Part shown: positions 22,539 through 26,781 of the stretch, piece after piece
How the letters are laid out: each line of letters opens with the position of its first letter
Position numbering within the stretch: position 1 is the first letter of the stretch
DNA from: Octopus sinensis
Taxonomy: Eukaryota
Assembly (NCBI RefSeq): GCF_006345805.1
Contig: NW_021836346.1
Coordinates: forward strand, 1-26,781
Reading direction: 5' to 3'
DNA: 26,781 nucleotides
Program-made: the position numbers and the translations under genes
The notes under the pieces: generated by a model
The model's input: the letters and a program-made list of their open reading frames with translations, nothing else
What the model was told of the DNA's origin: nothing
Databases searched by the model: none

Positions 22539-23783
22539 CAGTAGTTTTATTTTTATAGCGTGCTTTCACTTCACTACCGAGCGCAGCTCTGTGTGCCTTG
22601 GGTATGTGCTGTGATTTGTTGTGATGCTCTGATGGTTATTGTATGGAAAGTGTTCTACGTAGGATGTGTGCAGTGCCTAGTAGTGCAATTTTCTGTATGT
22701 TATATGTGTTTGTAAGTCCTGGTGTTTTTGTTATGTATTTGTCTGAATATTTTTTTATCATGCCTAATGCACCTACTATGATAGGAATTGTTTCTGTTTT
22801 CAGATTCCACATTCTAGTTACCTCTATTTCCAGGTCTTTGTATTTTGAGAGTTTCTCCATTTCTTTTAGAGACACGTTGTCATCGGCCGGTATTGATACA
22901 TCAATTAGAAAGCATTTTTTTCTTCATGATCTCTGACAACTATATCTGGTCTGTTGGCCTTAATTTCTCTCTGTGTGTATCGGCATATCCCAGAGTATGT
23001 TTGCTTTCTCGTTTTCTGTGACCTTTTCTGGTGTGTGCCTATACCATCTTTTTTCTGTTGTTATTCCATAATGTTGGCATAGCTTCCAATGTATGTAGGT
23101 TCCAATTCTGTCATGTCTGTGAATATATTCCTTCTTAGCCAGGACTGGGCAGCTAGAGATAATATGATTTATTGTTTCTTGTCCATCTCCACATATTCTG
23201 CAGTTACTTGTAATATTTCTTTTCATTACATGTTTTTGGTAATTTCTGGTGGGGAGGCTTTGGTCTTGCGCTGCAATTAAAAATCCCTCTGTTTCTGCTT
23301 TGAGTCCTGAGCTTCTCAACTATTGCTGGGATTTTTCTTTGTTTATTTCTTTTGCGTTTAGTTTAGTGCAGTATTTACCATGAAGGGGCTTTTCTTGCCA
23401 TCGTTTTATCATGGTTCGTTGCTGTTCTATTTTTAGTTTGATTTCATTTGTTTTATAGCTTTGTTGTTTCTTCATCATCTTCTTCTTCTTCTTCGTGTTT
23501 ATTAGGTGGTATGATTTCTTGTTTGTATTTGTCAGCTTCCTTAAATACTCAGAACAGTTTTTTGTTTTGCTCGTGTTTTGCTGCTATCTGGATCAGTTTT
23601 CCTTCCTTCTGAAGTAGATATTTTTGCAGTCCTATGGTGGTTATTTTATAGTAGTTTTCCAGCTGTATAAGGCCTCTACCACCTTCTATACGTTGTATAT
23701 ATAGTCTTTCTATGTCAGATTTTGGGTGATGCATCCTAGATCCTGTCAGTATTTTTCTTGTTTTCCTATCTATTTTGGACAGT

Positions 23784-23785
<2 letters not shown>
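22539..23785 (-). mobile_element. 5'-truncated R4/Dong-clade non-LTR retrotransposon (RLE type) inserted in (TAA)n
   Basis: Both junctions are (TAA)n on the element strand; about 100-bp 3' UTR after the stop at 22636. Confidence 0.9.
22636..23785 (-). pseudogene. R4/Dong ORF C-terminus: end of RT, CCHC knuckle, PD-(D/E)xK restriction-like endonuclease
   Basis: HHPKSDIERLYIQRIEGGRGL; ETEGFLIAAQDQSL; CRICGDGQETINHIISSC; RHD; ILWD; (frameshifted) KANRPDIVV..CFLIDVSIP..EKLSKYKDL; PIIVGALG. Several stops and frameshifts. Confidence 0.92.
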
Positions 23786-23843
<58 letters not shown>

Positions 23844-23866
23844 TATTATTATTATTATTATTATTA

Positions 23867-23905
<39 letters not shown>

Positions 23906-23909
23906 CATC

Positions 23910-23941
<32 letters not shown>

Positions 23942-23952
23942 CATTACTATTA

Positions 23953-24014
<62 letters not shown>
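23786..24014. repeat. (TTA)n/(CAT)n microsatellite
   Basis: Direct reading. Confidence 0.96.
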
Positions 24015-24016
<2 letters not shown>

Positions 24017-24017
<1 letters not shown>

Positions 24018-24196
24018 CGGCGATCTGGCAGAACTGTTAGCACATCAAACAAAATGCTTCACGGCATTTCATCCGTCTTGACATTCTAAGTTAAAATTCT
24101 GTCCAGGTCCGTCTTGCATTTCATCCTCCTGGGGTCGATGAAACAAGTACCGGTTGCACACTAACCCCTACCCAAAATTTTCAGGCCCTCCCTAGT
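24017..24196 (+). mobile_element. SINE family B, diverged copy
   Basis: GCGGCGATCTGGCAGAACTGTTAGCAC...TTTCATCCTCCTGGGGTCGATGAAACAAGTACCGGTT...AAATTTTCAGGCC matches 22239-22452. Confidence 0.85.
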
Positions 24197-24197
24197 G

Positions 24198-24373
24198 TCT
24201 TCTCTTCTTCTTCTTCTGTCTTCTCTTTTTTCTTCTTCTTCTTCTTCTTCTTCTTTTTCTTTTCTTCTTCTGGCTTTCTTCTTTTCTTCTTCTTTTCTTC
24301 TTCGTCTTCTTTTTCTCTCTTCTTCTTCTTCTTCTTCTTCTTCTTCTTCTTCTTCTTCTCCTTAGTCTTCTTC
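24198..24373. repeat. (CTT)n-rich polypyrimidine tract
   Basis: Direct reading; explains the K/E-rich end of ORF 24181..24669. Confidence 0.93.
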
Positions 24374-25094
24374 ACCCTTAGTCGGTACCTAACACCGCTA
24401 ACCCTATATATATATATATTATATATATATATATATATAGATATATATATATATATATATGTATATATAAAGAGAGAAAGAGAAACGATAAGAAATGGAG
24501 CAATAATTGAGAATGAAAAGTTGATCATTGGTGTCCCCATTACCACTATTAGTACCAAATACAGAAACTTACGGACACGTGGAAACATAAAAGTCACTAA
24601 ATCTAGGACTATGGATTTAATGAACCTCTCTTTTATTCTCCTACTGACACGTTGAGTTATGTATGTCACTAAAATGTAAGACTATTGCTTTCACGAACAC
24701 TTTTCTTTTTTTTCTTCTATTTTTTCCTTCTATTTTTCCTTCTATTTTATCTTTGTCATATAATCGTTCTGAAGATATTTATCAATTGTAACGAGGTAAA
24801 TGCAAATTTGCCCCATTTTCATAATTAGAAACAGCTGTAAAAATACTCTTAATTTAATTAAAGAATGACTTTAAAACACCAATGATCCGCTTCTCATTGT
24901 TAATTGCTGCTCCATTTCTCATCGTCTCTATATATATTAAACCACGGTTTTACCTTTAAATTACCTATTACCGTATACCTTATAACGAGAACCATACATA
25001 CTGAGGTAATACACCAAGAGTCCCTCGGATACATCTATTCCTTAGATGGTTGCATAATCTCTAACTTATATCTTATATGTACATATATATAATA

Positions 25095-25134
<40 letters not shown>

Positions 25135-25237
25135 CATACATATATATATGTATATAAATATATATATATGTATATATATATAATATATATATAGATGTAT
25201 GTATGTATATGTTATATATATGTACATATATGTATAT

Positions 25238-25280
<43 letters not shown>

Positions 25281-25282
25281 TT

Positions 25283-25442
25283 GCAACGAGCTTCTTTCAG
25301 TTTCCGCCTACAGATCCACTAACAAGATTTTGGTGGCCCGAGGCTATAGTAGAAGATACTTGCCGAAGGTGCTACGAAGTGGCATTGAACCCGGAACCAT
25401 TTGGTTGGTAAGCAAGCTTCTCGTTACACAGCCACTCCTGTG
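25283..25442 (-). mobile_element. SINE family A, 5' half
   Basis: Reverse complement of 18083-18245 (CTTCTTTCAGTTTCCG...ATAGTAGAAGATACTTGCC...TGAACCCGGAA...AAGCTTCT..TACACAGCCA). Confidence 0.88.
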
Positions 25443-26082
25443 GGTATGTTTGTTTTATTTTCAGTTATAAAAACAAGTTTACATTAATCTGGTGGATTAC
25501 TCTATACTTTTGTAGAGGACAAATTTATTATTCTTATGCAAAAATGGAATCTCTCTGGTTTTCCTCAAACAAATTTTCTTATGTATCATTTGTACTTTTT
25601 GACACAGAATCCGAATTTGTTTTTCATTTATTCCAGAAAAATTTTGCTAGAATGTTAGAGGTATTCAAAGTTTGATAATTTTCAGAATTTTCAGCCAATC
25701 AGAAAACAGCACGTTCGCTTCCTCTTCCATCATCAGGGGAGAGGGGATCATCGGCATGTCAAAGCATTAAACTAGTATTTTATAAAACAAATTATTTTTC
25801 TCGTATCTCATTCTCCTCCTTGTACGCATGTGCAGTATCTTTGTTTACAATGGAAACAGTTCTTCGCAATCAGCTATGCAACACGTGGTGCTTCTTTGCT
25901 TTGGTTACTATGGAAATAGAAATTTTTTCGCTACGGTGATATGTAAAATACCCAAATTTTGCAAATTTTACAGGCTAACTTGTTAATTATCGATTTATAG
26001 GAAAATTAATATTAATCCATATTCCAAATTTTAAAACAATTTGAACAAAATTGTAAACTGTGACGAAAACCACCACGATCCC

Positions 26083-26180
26083 AAGAATGTTGATTAGTGA
26101 CTTCGAAGTTTTCACCGGTTTAGCCATTGTCCGACGATGGCTTAGCTGGCCGAAACTTCAAAGTCACTATCAACATTCTT
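26083..26180. repeat. Diverged palindrome centred in a hammerhead core
   Basis: AAGAATGTTGATTAGTGACTTCGAAGTTT...AGCCATTGTC versus GACGATGGCT...GAAACTTCAAAGTCACTATCAACATTCTT. The plus strand reads CCGACGA-T-GGC(TTAGCTG)GCC-GAAA-CTTCAAA-GTC. Confidence 0.75.
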
Positions 26181-26353
26181 ATATAAGAATAATATGTATG
26201 TACACACACACACACTTACACACACAGACATTCAAAAATACCCGCTACGTTATATACATATGCAAGCATGGCCTTATGATAACACATAGACGTTTCTCCA
26301 GACTATCTTCACTTCCCTCCTTTTCGTCGTCTCTGGACTTTTTCTGTTACAGA

Positions 26354-26628
26354 GAACTGTGTTGAGCCAAAAGTATTTTGTAATATTTTGGCAACTTCTT
26401 TGCCTTATTCGCGACGATTCATCGACCGAGAGGAAGCAGAGGCTTCGGTGAAGGAGTTCTTCTGCTCGAAGGACAAGAATTGGTATCAGCGTGGGATCAA
26501 AGAACTGGTCGAAAAAGTGGCTGCGCATTGTGCAAGACGATGGCCTCTCTGTTGAATACAAGGCTGCGTTTTTTGTAACTTGAATAAAGCAAATGAATTA
26601 CCAAAATATTGCAGAGCTCTCGACACAG

Positions 26629-26630
<2 letters not shown>
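26354..26630 (+). mobile_element. Mariner-derived MITE retaining the transposase C-terminus
   Basis: Peptide RRFIDREEAEASVKEFFCSKDKNWYQRGIKELVE/KWLRIVQDDG (1-nt frameshift) fits the mariner C-terminal pattern FF.SK...Y..GI..L...W. Degenerate TIRs ACTGTGTTGAG..TGTAATATTTTGG and CCAAAATATTGCA..CTCGACACAGT. Confidence 0.78.
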
Positions 26631-26705
<75 letters not shown>

Positions 26706-26781
26706 ATATCTATCTATCTATCTTTGTGAATATCTATCTATCTATCTATCTATCATCTATCTATCTATCTATCTATCTATC
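26631..26781. repeat. (CTAT)n array running off the window end
   Basis: Direct reading. Confidence 0.97.

Noticed and set aside
24181-24669. 162-aa ORF with a K/E-rich tail
   Set aside because: Spans a (CTT)n tract and a (TA)n tract; no domain-like content.

Overview
AT-rich eukaryotic, intron-like or intergenic DNA with no confidently supported host protein-coding exon. Much of it is microsatellite, so most ORFs in the track are artefacts. The SINE families and repeat landscape resemble an octopus (coleoid cephalopod) genome; this is inferred from recognition, not from a search. It contains: three 3' ends of an L1/Tx1-type LINE, all sitting in (CTAT)n arrays; a 5'-truncated R4/Dong RLE-LINE inside a (TAA)n array; Penelope-like (PLE) RT and GIY-YIG remnants; three Tc1/mariner derivatives; a Helentron-type HINE; a palindromic MITE; and several tRNA-derived SINE copies. 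The most notable unexplained structure is a recurrent set of non-coding fold-back (palindromic) cassettes beside (TA)n tracts that carry minimal type I hammerhead-ribozyme motifs. One is a near-perfect 328-bp palindrome with the motif on both strands. A second theme is that each retroelement class appears to occupy its own microsatellite niche.
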